Part shown: positions 8,680 through 18,774 of the stretch, piece after piece | How positions within the stretch are numbered: position 1 is the first letter of the stretch | Layout of the letters: every line of letters starts with the position of its first letter | NCBI RefSeq assembly: GCF_038871235.1 | Contig: NZ_JAVZIN010000007.1 | Location: 6,617 to 70,616 of the forward strand | DNA length: 64,000 nt | Reading direction: 5' to 3' | DNA from: Candidatus Hadarchaeum sp. | GTDB lineage: Archaea > Hadarchaeota > Hadarchaeia > Hadarchaeales > Hadarchaeaceae | Made by a program: the position numbers and the translations under genes | Notes under the pieces: model-generated | Seen by the model: only the letters and a program-made list of their open reading frames with translations | What the model was told of the DNA's origin: nothing | The model's database searches: none

Positions 8680-9885
8680 ATGCATCCGTCAAAGGATATA
8701 CAGGGCACGAGTGGTTCAGAACTAAGCGGCCGCAAGATTGCCCTCTGTATCACGGGTAGCGTTGCCGCGGTCAAGTGTCCTGAGCTGGCAAGGGAACTCA
8801 TGCGCCAGGGGGCCGAGGTGCGCACCTGCATGTCCCAGCAGGCCACCCAGCTGATAACGCCGGAACTGATGCACTGGGCCACCGGTAACGAGGTCGTCGT
8901 CAGGCTCACCGGCAGGTTGGAGCACGTGGAGCTGGCGGAGTGGTCCGACTTAGTTCTGGTGGCACCGGCCACCGCTAACACGATTGCTAAAATATCCTGC
9001 GCTATTGATGACACCCCGGTGACCTCCGTCGTCTCGGTTGCCCTCGGGCTCAAAAAGCCCGTGGTGGTGGTTCCAGCGATGCATGCGTCGATGTTTGCCC
9101 ATGAACTCTTTCAGCAGCACTTGACGAGGCTCCGCTCGGTCGGTATCCAAGTCATAGGGCCGAAAATTGAGGAGGGTAGGGCCAAGATAGCCGAGGTTGG
9201 AGAGATAGTTCAAGTTGTCATCAGGACACTGGGTCCTAAAGACATGGCTGGTCGCCGGGTTCTGGTCACGGCTGGCCCCACCATCGAGCCGATAGATCCA
9301 GTCAAGATAATCACCAATCGGAGTTCGGGAAAGATGGGTCTGGCCATAGCCCGCGCGGCTGCGGCCAGAGGCGCCGAGGTATCTTTGATTTATGGTCCCG
9401 GCACCGAGATCCCACCAACTGGGGTGAAGGTGATCAGAGTGCAGACGACACAGGAGATGCGAGATGCCTTTGTGAAGGAGCTGGAGTTGCGACCCGACAT
9501 AGTTGTTGCTGCAGCGGCTCCTCAGGATTTCGTTGTGGAAAGACCATCTGAGTGTAAACTCAGACATACGGAACCGGTGACGCTCAGGTTGATTCCTGCT
9601 CCCCGTGTTCTTTCAGGAGTGCGCGAGTTCTCCCCAAGTTCCTTCGTGATCGGTTTTAAGACAGAATGTGGGGTTAGCGATGAGGAACTCTTTCACGCCG
9701 CAGAAGCCAAGTTGAATGAGGGTCTCGATATGGTGGTGGCAAATGACGTGAGTCGGCCAGGAGCAGGATTTGGCACCGACACCAACGAGGTTCTGATCGT
9801 CACGAGATCAGGCTGGAGAAAAATGAGGGCCACTAAGACAGAGATTGCAGGAGTGATCTTGGATTTGGCTGTGGCTAAAGCTTAA
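8680..9885 (+). CDS. coaBC: Bifunctional phosphopantothenoylcysteine decarboxylase / phosphopantothenate-cysteine ligase
   Basis: 401 aa. Flavoprotein N-domain (ITGSVAAVK, PATANTIAK) and a DFP C-domain (ITNRSSGKMG). Confidence 0.92.
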   Translation: MHPSKDIQGTSGSELSGRKIALCITGSVAAVKCPELARELMRQGAEVRTCMSQQATQLITPELMHWATGNEVVVRLTGRLEHVELAEWSDLVLVAPATANTIAKISCAIDDTPVTSVVSVALGLKKPVVVVPAMHASMFAHELFQQHLTRLRSVGIQVIGPKIEEGRAKIAEVGEIVQVVIRTLGPKDMAGRRVLVTAGPTIEPIDPVKIITNRSSGKMGLAIARAAAARGAEVSLIYGPGTEIPPTGVKVIRVQTTQEMRDAFVKELELRPDIVVAAAAPQDFVVERPSECKLRHTEPVTLRLIPAPRVLSGVREFSPSSFVIGFKTECGVSDEELFHAAEAKLNEGLDMVVANDVSRPGAGFGTDTNEVLIVTRSGWRKMRATKTEIAGVILDLAVAKA

Positions 9886-9886
9886 G

Positions 9887-10825
9887 ATGCTGGTGGTCAG
9901 GCTGGCGGAATCGTTGAAATTGCGAAAACAGCCTTCAAGCGCAGCAGCGTTTGTTCCAGCCCACATCTCCGGTTTTTTTCAACCCTGTGAAGCCAGCACA
10001 CCTGAGAGGACGGGATCAAGGAACTGTGGGCCATGCTTGAATTTTGGTGTAAGAACGGAGGTTAATGTTGAAAGTTCCGACCGCAACAGGGTGGAGGTGT
10101 TTATTAATGGCAAGCCGGCACCCGAGGCTAAGACGACGTTGACGGTAGCGGAGCAAATTTTGAGCCAGGTGGAAGAGACTTTTCGGTTGAGAGTAGATCA
10201 TTTCTGTGAGGTACCGGTGGGCGCCGGATACGGAGCAAGCGGGGCCGGGGCTTTGGGCACGGCTTTTTCCCTAGCCAAGGCGTTGGGCCTGCGCCTGTCA
10301 AGACGCCAACTGGTGACAGCGGCCCACGTGGCTGAAGTGCGTTGCTGCACTGGGCTGGGTGACGTGGGCGCCCAAGCTCACGGTGGTCTTGTCATTGGTT
10401 TGGAGCCCGGTGCACCACCATACGGAAGATGGAAGGGGATAAGAGTGCCCCGGGAGGTTAAAATTATCTGCGCCACTTTGGGTCCCATTCCTTCGAAGAA
10501 ACTTTTGAGCGAAGCGGATTTCAGGAGGCGCGCCGGAGAAGTGGGGACCTTGGCTTTCAAAAAAATGATGGAACGGCCGGACGTCTATAACTTCATCACC
10601 GCCTCGAAGGAGTTTGCGGAGAATTTGGGACTTTTCGACGACGAGCTGAAGGAGCTGGCCAGAGCGGCTGAGAGGTCCGGGGCCATTGGCGCCAGCCAGG
10701 TCATGATCGGGCGCGCGGTTTTTGCCATTGCCTGTGGGGAAAGCATCGCCCGTGTTCAAAGGACCTTTCTGGAGATGCTGGATGCTGAGTCGCTCTTGGT
10801 CGCCGACATTTATCGGGGCGGATGA
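9887..10825 (+). CDS. Pantoate kinase (GHMP family, archaeal CoA pathway)
   Basis: 312 aa. AFVPAHISGFF N-terminal signature and GHMP motif PVGAGYGASGAGALG. Directly follows coaBC. Confidence 0.8.
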   Translation: MLVVRLAESLKLRKQPSSAAAFVPAHISGFFQPCEASTPERTGSRNCGPCLNFGVRTEVNVESSDRNRVEVFINGKPAPEAKTTLTVAEQILSQVEETFRLRVDHFCEVPVGAGYGASGAGALGTAFSLAKALGLRLSRRQLVTAAHVAEVRCCTGLGDVGAQAHGGLVIGLEPGAPPYGRWKGIRVPREVKIICATLGPIPSKKLLSEADFRRRAGEVGTLAFKKMMERPDVYNFITASKEFAENLGLFDDELKELARAAERSGAIGASQVMIGRAVFAIACGESIARVQRTFLEMLDAESLLVADIYRGG

Positions 10826-10846
10826 GCCATCGTTGGAGAATTTTCT

Positions 10847-11368
10847 TTAAAAGGTTTCCAGATGTATTCTTTCCTTCAACGGTGTCCGGGGAGTGGGCTT
10901 TGGCTTTTCGCGTGGCTTGCCAATCGGAATCATTATCAGCGGCCTAATTCCCTCGGGCGCCTTTATGGCTTCAGCGACAGCTTTTTCATCGAAGGCTCCA
11001 ACCCAGCAGGTGCCATAGCCTAGGGCGTAGGCCGCGAGGTGGATATTTTGTGCCACGGCTGCTGTGTCCTGAATGCAGTAGAGGTTTCTCCCTCGATCAC
11101 CATAGCGGCTGGCGGTTCGGTTAATGTCCGCGCAGATTACAATAACGACTGGGGCCTCGGCCAAGAAGCTCTGGCCCCGGGCCGCCTGAACCAGCTTTTG
11201 CTTGTTCTTCAGGTCCTTAACAATGACAAATTCCCAAGGCTGGCAATTCCCCGCGCTGGGGGCGGCTATTCCCGCCTCCAGAATTTTATCCAGATCGGCG
11301 TTTTTAATGGGTTCAGGGATAAAGCCGCGGATGCTCCTCCGTCCCTTGATCGCCTCGAAGACATCCAT
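10847..11368 (-). CDS. Nitroreductase family protein
   Basis: 173 aa. RRSIRGF, APSAGNCQPW and a C-terminal PIG.P pattern. Confidence 0.88.
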   Translation of the reverse strand: MDVFEAIKGRRSIRGFIPEPIKNADLDKILEAGIAAPSAGNCQPWEFVIVKDLKNKQKLVQAARGQSFLAEAPVVIVICADINRTASRYGDRGRNLYCIQDTAAVAQNIHLAAYALGYGTCWVGAFDEKAVAEAIKAPEGIRPLIMIPIGKPREKPKPTPRTPLKERIHLETF

Positions 11369-11396
11369 TCAATCGCCGAAGTAATTTTATAAAAGA

Positions 11397-11678
11397 GTGT
11401 TAAAAGTTCTTTTGGTGGATTCGGTGATTGAGTCCTCAGAACTGGACTGGATAGTCCAGAAGACGGCGGAATTCCTCGCCGACAAGGTCAAGGACGGCCC
11501 CCTGACCGATCGGGACATCAACCTAGCTTTCGAAATCTTTGCTAGACCGCGTCTGGAGAGCTTAAGTTCATCGTTCGAGAGCGATCTGGAGCGCATCCAA
11601 GCGCGCGATTTAATCATGATGAAGCTGAACGACCGGGCCAAGCAGCTCAATGCTGAATTTTGGAAAAAGACAGAATAA
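11397..11678 (+). CDS. Hypothetical protein
   Basis: 93-aa ORF with a GTG start. No motif recognised; supported only by coding-like composition. Confidence 0.3.
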   Translation: MLKVLLVDSVIESSELDWIVQKTAEFLADKVKDGPLTDRDINLAFEIFARPRLESLSSSFESDLERIQARDLIMMKLNDRAKQLNAEFWKKTE

Positions 11679-11762
11679 TTGCCTTTAGCCTGTTAATCGT
11701 TGACGTTCCATAGCTTGGGAAGTACGGGGCAAAGAATTGAGGGGAACCGTCCTTGTTCGGTT

Positions 11763-12050
11763 TTAGATCAGGAGAGGCTTGCCCGTCCAGATCCAGAAGA
11801 TAATCAACAGGCAAATTATGGCAACCAAGATTAATCCCACGCCCCACTTTCTCGCTTGAGCCTTGATGCAGATGTAACCGAAAATCCCGGTGGCGCCTAT
11901 GATCACAATCAACACGATGGTAAGGATGATCTGGGCAATCAGCTTAACCCAGCCCCCACCGAGGAAAAATCCAAGGAGAGGCAGCACGATGACGAGGAAG
12001 ACGATGATTCCCAGCAGGTACGCCGTCCTCATCTTTCCACCAATGCCCAT
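11763..12050 (-). CDS. Small integral membrane protein
   Basis: 95 aa consisting almost entirely of three hydrophobic spans. Confidence 0.5.
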   Translation of the reverse strand: MGIGGKMRTAYLLGIIVFLVIVLPLLGFFLGGGWVKLIAQIILTIVLIVIIGATGIFGYICIKAQARKWGVGLILVAIICLLIIFWIWTGKPLLI

Positions 12051-12098
12051 TACGTGTGGTTCTTTTAAAAGTTAGTGTAATACCAGTAGGGATTGGCC

Positions 12099-13862
12099 AT
12101 GCCTAGACTCGCGGTAATACGGCAAGATTTCTGTCAGCCGAAAAGATGTTCATTAGAGTGCCATCGCTTTTGTCCCGGCGTCAGAACCGGTGATGAGACG
12201 ATAGTAGTTGACGAAAAGACGGGCAGGCCGGTGATATCGGAGCAGCTGTGCAGCGGTTGTGGGATCTGTGTGCATAAGTGCCCCCTGAAGGCGATTTGCA
12301 TCATTAACCTTCCCAGCCAGCTCGAGGGCCGCTGTGTTCACCGCTATCAACCCAACGGCTTCGCCCTCTTTGAGTTACCTATTCCGCGCGCCGGTAGCGT
12401 CACCGGGCTGGTGGGTCCGAATGGGGTGGGAAAGACGACGGCGCTTCAGATCCTAGCCGGACGCTTGAAACCCAATTTAGGTAAGGAGGAGGCGACCCGG
12501 AAGGAGTTGATCGAATTTTTTAAGGGCTCGGAGCTTCAGAACCACTTCAAAAAAATCGATGAGATCAAGATAGTTTACAAGCCGCAGGCAGTCGATGACC
12601 TGCCCAAGGCCGTCAAGGGAAAACCCCTGAAATTACTTGAAAAAATTGACCAGCGCGGCGTGGTGAAGGAACTGATTCGCTCCCTAGCGCTCGAGGAGTT
12701 TCTTGATAGAGAGATAAGGATGTTGAGCGGTGGGGAAATGCAGCGTTTGGCCATAGCGGCGGCGGTTGCCCGGGAGGCCGACATTTACTTTTTCGATGAG
12801 CCCAGCTCACACCTCGATGTTCATCAGCGCTTGAACGCGGCGGCGGTGATCAGGTCGCTGGCAGCCGCGGGCAAGGCAGTCATGGTTGTGGAGCACGACT
12901 TGGCGATGCTGGACTATGTTTCCGACTATGTGCACGTCCTCTATGGTAAACCGGGAGTTTATGGAGTTGTCTCTTCTCCACGAGGCGTCAGAGGCGGGAT
13001 AAACGTTTTTCTCGATGGTTATCTTCCTGAGGAAAATATCATGTTCCGGAGGGAGCCCATAAAATTTGAGTTGAGGCCGCTTTCAAAGGTCGGGTCGGGT
13101 GGGAAACCACTTTTGAGTTATCCCCGGTTGGTCAAGGCCTTCAAGGATTTCCGGCTGGAGGTTTCACCGGGCGAGGTTTTTGCCGGTGAGGTGGTTGGAG
13201 TTGTAGGCCCGAATGCTGTGGGAAAAACCACCTTCGTCCGCATACTGGCCGGCGAAGTTAAGCCCACCTCTGGCAAAATTGATTTTAATTTTTCCGTGTC
13301 GCATAAGCCACAGTATCTGAAGGCTGATTTTGATGGCACAGTTGAGAAATGGTTGCATGAACAGCTGGGTGATTTTGACCCCTCCTTTGTCCCGGATATT
13401 CTACAACCGCTCGAGATAGAACCGCTGATGGAAAGGGAACTGAGGAGCCTAAGCGGCGGTGAGTTGCAGCGCGTCTCAATAGCCGCTTGTCTGGGGCGCC
13501 GAGCCGACCTTTATCTGCTTGACGAGCCTAGTGCCTATCTAGATGTGGAGCAGCGGTTGAATATGTCCAAGTGCATCAGGAGAACCATGGAGAAGAAGGA
13601 AGCCGCAGCCTTCGTGGTAGATCATGATGTGCTCAGCATCGATTACATCTCGGATCGATTGCTGGTTTTTACCGGTGAACCCAGCAAGGAGGGCAGGACA
13701 CATGGCCCCTTGGGGATGCGCGATGGCATGAACCTCTTTTTGAAGGAGGTGGGCGTGACCTTCCGGAGGGACCCCCAGACCGGACGCCCGAGGGCCAACA
13801 AGCCCAACAGCGCCCTGGATAGGGAGCAGAAGGCGAGGGGTGAGTACTTTTATCTTCACTGA
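12099..13862 (+). CDS. abcE1: ABCE1 / RNase L inhibitor-type ribosome recycling ATPase
   Basis: N-terminal 2x[4Fe-4S] domain (CQPKRC...CPG, CSGCGICVHKCP). Two ABC cassettes (GPNGVGKTT, LSGGEMQR, GPNAVGKTT, LSGGELQR). ATG at 12099; the track lists a TTG at 12093. Confidence 0.95.
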   Translation: MPRLAVIRQDFCQPKRCSLECHRFCPGVRTGDETIVVDEKTGRPVISEQLCSGCGICVHKCPLKAICIINLPSQLEGRCVHRYQPNGFALFELPIPRAGSVTGLVGPNGVGKTTALQILAGRLKPNLGKEEATRKELIEFFKGSELQNHFKKIDEIKIVYKPQAVDDLPKAVKGKPLKLLEKIDQRGVVKELIRSLALEEFLDREIRMLSGGEMQRLAIAAAVAREADIYFFDEPSSHLDVHQRLNAAAVIRSLAAAGKAVMVVEHDLAMLDYVSDYVHVLYGKPGVYGVVSSPRGVRGGINVFLDGYLPEENIMFRREPIKFELRPLSKVGSGGKPLLSYPRLVKAFKDFRLEVSPGEVFAGEVVGVVGPNAVGKTTFVRILAGEVKPTSGKIDFNFSVSHKPQYLKADFDGTVEKWLHEQLGDFDPSFVPDILQPLEIEPLMERELRSLSGGELQRVSIAACLGRRADLYLLDEPSAYLDVEQRLNMSKCIRRTMEKKEAAAFVVDHDVLSIDYISDRLLVFTGEPSKEGRTHGPLGMRDGMNLFLKEVGVTFRRDPQTGRPRANKPNSALDREQKARGEYFYLH

Positions 13863-13880
13863 TAAAGTTAAGGTGATAGC

Positions 13881-14150
13881 ATGGGAGTCGCCGAGGATAT
13901 TAACTGGCTGAAGGCCGACGAGGCTGGGGTTGGTAAGGTCTTTACCATCATCGCCAAACAAGGCGGTTTAAAGCTGCGTGAGCTCAAGGAGCTTTATGGT
14001 TCCGAGGACTGGTGGCCGGTAAAGGCACACCTCAGCGCCCTCATTGCCAGAGGACTAGTGACTGAGTTTGAGGGAATTTACAAGCTAACCGAGGATGGCA
14101 AAAAGGTGCTGGAGAGCTTTAAGGCGATGGAGGTTGTCAAGGCAATTTAA
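13881..14150 (+). CDS. Small winged-helix protein
   Basis: 89 aa. A wHTH-like layout (LKLRELKEL...LSALIARGLVTEFEGIYKLTEDGKKVLE). Confidence 0.45.
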   Translation: MGVAEDINWLKADEAGVGKVFTIIAKQGGLKLRELKELYGSEDWWPVKAHLSALIARGLVTEFEGIYKLTEDGKKVLESFKAMEVVKAI

Positions 14151-14383
14151 GTTGAAATATCCGTGACGTTTCCGCCCTTGAGCAGGACGAATCGGTGTTT
14201 TATCGGTCCTTTTTCCGTTAGCTCCTCAGTGTTCTCTAAGATCATGTTCATATGTTCATCGTAACTCGTCAGCTTACCCCGGAATTTTCTACCGTCCTTT
14301 ACCGTTACCAAAATAACTGAGTTGAGCAGTTTCTCGATTCCGGCGATGGTTTCGACATCCTGAGATTCAATTTCCACTTCCAT
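14147..14383 (-). CDS. Sm-like archaeal protein (LSm/SmAP)
   Basis: 78 aa. Sm1 and Sm2 motifs (VILVTVKDGRKFRGKLTSYDEHMNMIL, RFVLLKGGNV). Confidence 0.88.
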   Translation of the reverse strand: MEVEIESQDVETIAGIEKLLNSVILVTVKDGRKFRGKLTSYDEHMNMILENTEELTEKGPIKHRFVLLKGGNVTDIST

Positions 14384-14501
14384 GCAGATCCAGAAGTAAT
14401 GATGTAATTACTGCCTAAAATATTGTCTCCCGGTCTTCGAACAATAGTTTCGGCTACCCCCCTCCTCAAAAAACGCTTGAATAGTCACGGGAAGAGGTCA
14501 G

Positions 14502-15449
14502 ATGGGGAATGATGAGATGGTTGAACTTGAGGAACTTGAGGGAGTAGGTCCAGCAATTGCCGAGAAACTGCGCGCGGCCGGTTATGATTCTATTGAAAGC
14601 ATCGCCGTGGCTACTGCTGGTGACCTGATGGAGGCCGCCGAGATTGGATTGAGGGTAGCGATGAAAGTGATAAACTCGGCGCGGGATGCTTCGAAGATGG
14701 GTTATGAGAAGGCCATAGAGGTCTTGGAGAGAAGAAAACACCTTGGTCGCGTTACTACAGGCAGCCAAGGCTTGGATAAAATATTGGGCGGAGGAATTGA
14801 GACTCAAGGCGTAACTGAGTTCTTTGGCGAGTTTGGTTCCGGTAAATCACAGATAGCTCACCAGCTCTGTGTTAATGTACAGCTTCCGCCTGAGCAGGGT
14901 GGTCTGGTCGGGAAGGCGGTTTACATAGATACTGAGAACACCTTTAGACCGGAGAGGATTTCCCAGATGGCGATAGCTCTGGGCGAGGATCCTCAGAAGA
15001 TACTCGATGGAATCTACGTGGCTAGGGCGCACACAACAGACCACCAGATGCTGCTGGCCGAGAAGGCTGCTGAGATTGCCAAGGAGGACGGTGTCAAGCT
15101 GTTGGTGATAGATTCTCTGACGGCGCTTTTCCGCACCGAATATTGCGGGAGGGGTGCCCTCGCGGAGCGACAGCAGAAGCTGGGGCGCCACATCGCTGAG
15201 TTGCACAAGCTGGCAGAACTCAACGACATCGCCGTCTTCGTCACCAACCAGGTGCAGGCGAGGCCGGATATTTTCTTTGGTGACCCAACGAAACCTGTGG
15301 GTGGCCACGTGCTGGGCCATGCGGTCACCGCTCGCATATATCTTAGAAAGGGCAAGGCCAACACTAGAACGGCGCAGCTAATAGATCACCCGGGATTGCC
15401 TCCTGAAAGTGCAACTTTTCAGATAACTGAGGCTGGCATAAGGGACTGA
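14502..15449 (+). CDS. radA: DNA repair and recombination protein RadA
   Basis: 315 aa. N-terminal HhH ([17 protein letters not shown]) and Walker A GEFGSGKS in a RecA/Rad51 core. Confidence 0.95.
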   Translation: MGNDEMVELEELEGVGPAIAEKLRAAGYDSIESIAVATAGDLMEAAEIGLRVAMKVINSARDASKMGYEKAIEVLERRKHLGRVTTGSQGLDKILGGGIETQGVTEFFGEFGSGKSQIAHQLCVNVQLPPEQGGLVGKAVYIDTENTFRPERISQMAIALGEDPQKILDGIYVARAHTTDHQMLLAEKAAEIAKEDGVKLLVIDSLTALFRTEYCGRGALAERQQKLGRHIAELHKLAELNDIAVFVTNQVQARPDIFFGDPTKPVGGHVLGHAVTARIYLRKGKANTRTAQLIDHPGLPPESATFQITEAGIRD

Positions 15450-15507
15450 GGTTATTAGGCCGAGTTTTGCCATTCTAGCCCGGAGATAGGCTAGGCGATT
15501 AGAGCAG

Positions 15508-16425
15508 GTGCTGATAAACCGGTTCCATTATCTTTTTGAAAGGAGCCACGCCTATGCTATTGGTGATGTTCTGGGTTTCAAGCTCGAGGCGCAGGGGCTG
15601 GAAATCGAGATCGGAATCAAGCCCGTCGGCGGGGTCTACATCCATGAGGAGATAATTCCAAGGATGCTGGACCAACTTATTTTAGACATGAAGCAAAACG
15701 CTGAGGTGAGAAACCCCATTGTGGTTGACCGAAATACCTCTGTAGTGCTCGACGGCATGCATCGTGTAGCCGCCATCAAGAAGCTGGGATGCCGCTATCT
15801 GCCCGCGTGTTTGGTCGACTACCGCAGCCCAAGGATTCAGGTCGGCTGCTGGTACCGCGTGGTTCAGGACTGGGTGAGCGATGCAAGGCTTTTGAATATT
15901 TTCATTTCTCTAGGGTTGAGCGTTGAACCTTCTTCCTTTGATTCGGCTTTAAATGAGCTTGAGGCTAGAAGGGCCACCGCTGCCCTCTTCACGGCAAGAA
16001 ATTGCCATTTGATCCGGGCGCCGAAAACCGATATCGTTGAAAGCTACCGGTGGGTAAAACGTTTTGAATCCATCGCTGAAGAGCAAGGCCTCCACATCGG
16101 TTATGAGATGGAGCACGATGCCGAGTGGCAAGTTCGGTCAGGGAAATGCTCTGCTGCCCTCTTGGTGCCCAGGACGACCAAAGAAGAGGTGATCAGGACA
16201 GCTTTGTCAGGCATGGTCTTCACCCACAAGACGACCCGCCACATCTTGCCCGCCCGCCCAGTTAATGTCAACGTTCCCCTTGACTGGCTGATGGGGGAAA
16301 AGCCCATGGAGGAGGTGGAGAGGCTTTTGGTGGAATACCTTTCGGGAAAAAAAGTGATGAGGCTTTCCAAGGGCAGTTTTTACGATGGCAGGCGCTACGA
16401 TGAGGAGCTTCTGGTTTTCAGGTGA
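15508..16425 (+). CDS. ParB/sulfiredoxin-fold domain protein, function unknown
   Basis: 305 aa. HEEIIP...NPIVVDRNTSVVLDGMHRVAAIKKLG is a ParB/Srx-type motif. The C-terminal half was not recognised. 4-nt overlap with apgM. Confidence 0.6.
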   Translation: MLINRFHYLFERSHAYAIGDVLGFKLEAQGLEIEIGIKPVGGVYIHEEIIPRMLDQLILDMKQNAEVRNPIVVDRNTSVVLDGMHRVAAIKKLGCRYLPACLVDYRSPRIQVGCWYRVVQDWVSDARLLNIFISLGLSVEPSSFDSALNELEARRATAALFTARNCHLIRAPKTDIVESYRWVKRFESIAEEQGLHIGYEMEHDAEWQVRSGKCSAALLVPRTTKEEVIRTALSGMVFTHKTTRHILPARPVNVNVPLDWLMGEKPMEEVERLLVEYLSGKKVMRLSKGSFYDGRRYDEELLVFR

Positions 16426-17627
16426 ACCAATTGGTGGATAGAAAGTTCGTGATAGTTGTCGGGGATGGCATGGCTGACTATCAGGTGGAGGAACTCGGCG
16501 GAAGGACGCCGCTGGAAGTGGCAGACAAGCCCAATATGGATTATTTGGCCAGCGAGGGAAGGATGGGCCAGGTTAGCACCATCCCGCATGGAATGGCAAA
16601 GGATTCCGCCGTCGCCGCTCTTTCCATCCTCGGCTACGATCCTAAAAAATACTTCACCGGACGTGGCCCTCTCGAAGCCGGTTCCATGGGCATCGACCTA
16701 GGCCCAAAAGATGTTGCTTTCAGGTGTAACTTGGTTACGGAGAGGGACGGTAAGCTCGTCGATTATTCCGGTGGCTGCGTCACCACCGAGGAGGCCGCGC
16801 AACTGCTTGCCGAGTTGCAGAGGCAGGGGCTGGGTGAGTTTCACCTCGGCGTTAGCTATCGGCACATTTTTGTCCTGCGGAATGCCGAGATCAGCAAAGG
16901 GTGTTCTCCCCCCCATGAGATCGTTGGTGAGCCGATATCTGAGCACCTCATCAAATCCAAGGATAAGGTCTCTCAATCTCTGAACAGGCTCATTTTGGCG
17001 TCAAGGGACATATTGGGCAGCCACCCCGTCAACCTGAGGCGGATAAAACAAGGTAAGAATCCCGCCAACATGGTCTGGCTCTGGGGCCCGGGCAAGCGTC
17101 CCAATCTGGAGCCCTTTGAGAGGAGGTACGGGGTCAAGGGAGCCATAATTTCGGCGGTGAACGTGATCAACGGCATTGGGGCTTGGGCTGGCATGGAGAT
17201 CATTAAAGTTCCCGGCGCCACGGGATACTATGACACCAATTACGAGGGTAAGGCCGATTATGCGCTGAAGGCTCTAAGGCGCAGGGACCTTGTCCTCATC
17301 CATGTGGAGGCGCCGGACGAGGCAGGTCATGCAGGTGATGCTGAGATGAAGATAAAAGCTATAGAAGATTTGGATCGGCGTCTCCTAGGCAGGATCATCA
17401 AAAAAGGCAGAGAAAATGTCATTTCGGTTCTGCCTGATCATCCCACGCCGATTAAGGTCAGAGCACACACGTCCGATCCGGTGCCTTTTATGATATTTGT
17501 CCCGGGCGCAAAGGGCGACGGGCTCAGGTTTACCGAGGCCGATGCTGAGAAGGGCTCACTGGGTTTGATAAAGGGATCGGAGTTCATGAAGCTGGTCCTG
17601 TCATTGGGCTCAGCCGATGGCTCCTGA
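16422..17627 (+). CDS. apgM: Cofactor-independent phosphoglycerate mutase, archaeal type
   Basis: 401 aa. VVGDGMADY...PNMDYLA N-terminus and VEAPDEAGH plus PDHPTP metal-site motifs. Confidence 0.9.
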   Translation: MNQLVDRKFVIVVGDGMADYQVEELGGRTPLEVADKPNMDYLASEGRMGQVSTIPHGMAKDSAVAALSILGYDPKKYFTGRGPLEAGSMGIDLGPKDVAFRCNLVTERDGKLVDYSGGCVTTEEAAQLLAELQRQGLGEFHLGVSYRHIFVLRNAEISKGCSPPHEIVGEPISEHLIKSKDKVSQSLNRLILASRDILGSHPVNLRRIKQGKNPANMVWLWGPGKRPNLEPFERRYGVKGAIISAVNVINGIGAWAGMEIIKVPGATGYYDTNYEGKADYALKALRRRDLVLIHVEAPDEAGHAGDAEMKIKAIEDLDRRLLGRIIKKGRENVISVLPDHPTPIKVRAHTSDPVPFMIFVPGAKGDGLRFTEADAEKGSLGLIKGSEFMKLVLSLGSADGS

Positions 17628-18774
17628 GCGTTTTTCTCAGCAGGATCATCGCCGCAGCCTGAGCCGAGATGGAAAATAAGACAGCAATTTGAGCCAAGTT
17701 GTTATCCATGAGAAAACCAAAAATGGCACCGCTGACGAGAAAACCAAACCCGTAAAAAGTGTGGAAGACCCCGTAGGCCGATCCCCTTACCTCTATCGGC
17801 GTGAGATCAGTCACGGCGGCCCTGTAGATTGACTCGTGCATTCCAAAAATTATTCCGAAGAAGATTGCCGACAGAATGACGAATTCCAGCCCGGGCATGA
17901 AGATCAGGGTCGAGGGGAAAACGGAGAGCGCGAAGGGAAGGTAAAGCAGCTTTCGGCCTATCCGGTCGTAGAGATAGCCGGCCAATGGCGCCGCCGCCGC
18001 GTCCACGGTTTGGGCGAGCAAATAAATGAGGGCCACCAACCAGGGCAAGGTTTCCGGTGAAGCCCGGTAGAGGATTAAGCCAATTGATACCAAACCCATC
18101 GCGTTTAGCGACACTGAGATCGCGTAGATAATAAATTCACTTGGAAGTTCCTTAAAAGTGGATCTTTTTTCACTGACGGTCGGTATCGTGATGAGTGGCC
18201 TGATCCTGAGATAGATAAGAAAGAGCATGATAATCATAAGGAGGTAGGGAATGAAAAGGGCCGAGAAGGCAGCGCTGAAGTTCTCCCCGGTCGCGAATAG
18301 GGTCGCAGCGACAATCGCCGGCCCTGTTATTGCCCCGATCTGATCCAGCAGCTCGTGAATGCCGAAGGCCTTACCGCTGCCTATACCTTTGGTAGCGTAG
18401 GAGAAGACGGTGTCCCGAGCTGGAGACCTCACCGCTTTAGATAGTCTTTCTATTAGGACAAGAACCATGGCTAGAGGCCAGCTGCCCGCCAGCGCCAGCA
18501 GCGGGACGGCTATCAGCAGCGAATACCCGATGATGAAGATCGTCCAGTAGGATCTTGTCTTGTCGGAGAGGATGCCGAAGATCATCCTCAGGGCGTAGCC
18601 GAAGAACTCACCCAAACCTAAGATCAGACCAACGATAAAGGCAGAGGCACCGAAGCTGAGGAGGAAGGGTGAAATGACGCTCCTCGAACCCTCGTAGATG
18701 ATGTCCCCAAGTAGGCTGACGAGGCCAAATGTGAGGATGCTTAAAGCGGCGACTCGCCTAGGCTGCATGTTCAT
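17584..18774 (-). CDS. MFS transporter
   Basis: 396 aa, about 12 hydrophobic spans, GDIIYEGSRS N-terminal motif. Start overlaps the thrS stop (ATGA on the minus strand). Confidence 0.8.
   Translation of the reverse strand: MNMQPRRVAALSILTFGLVSLLGDIIYEGSRSVISPFLLSFGASAFIVGLILGLGEFFGYALRMIFGILSDKTRSYWTIFIIGYSLLIAVPLLALAGSWPLAMVLVLIERLSKAVRSPARDTVFSYATKGIGSGKAFGIHELLDQIGAITGPAIVAATLFATGENFSAAFSALFIPYLLMIIMLFLIYLRIRPLITIPTVSEKRSTFKELPSEFIIYAISVSLNAMGLVSIGLILYRASPETLPWLVALIYLLAQTVDAAAAPLAGYLYDRIGRKLLYLPFALSVFPSTLIFMPGLEFVILSAIFFGIIFGMHESIYRAAVTDLTPIEVRGSAYGVFHTFYGFGFLVSGAIFGFLMDNNLAQIAVLFSISAQAAAMILLRKTLRSHRLSPMTGPAS

Noticed and set aside
8950-9567. 205-aa minus-strand ORF inside coaBC
   Set aside because: Antisense to a well-supported CoaBC gene, with no recognisable domain.
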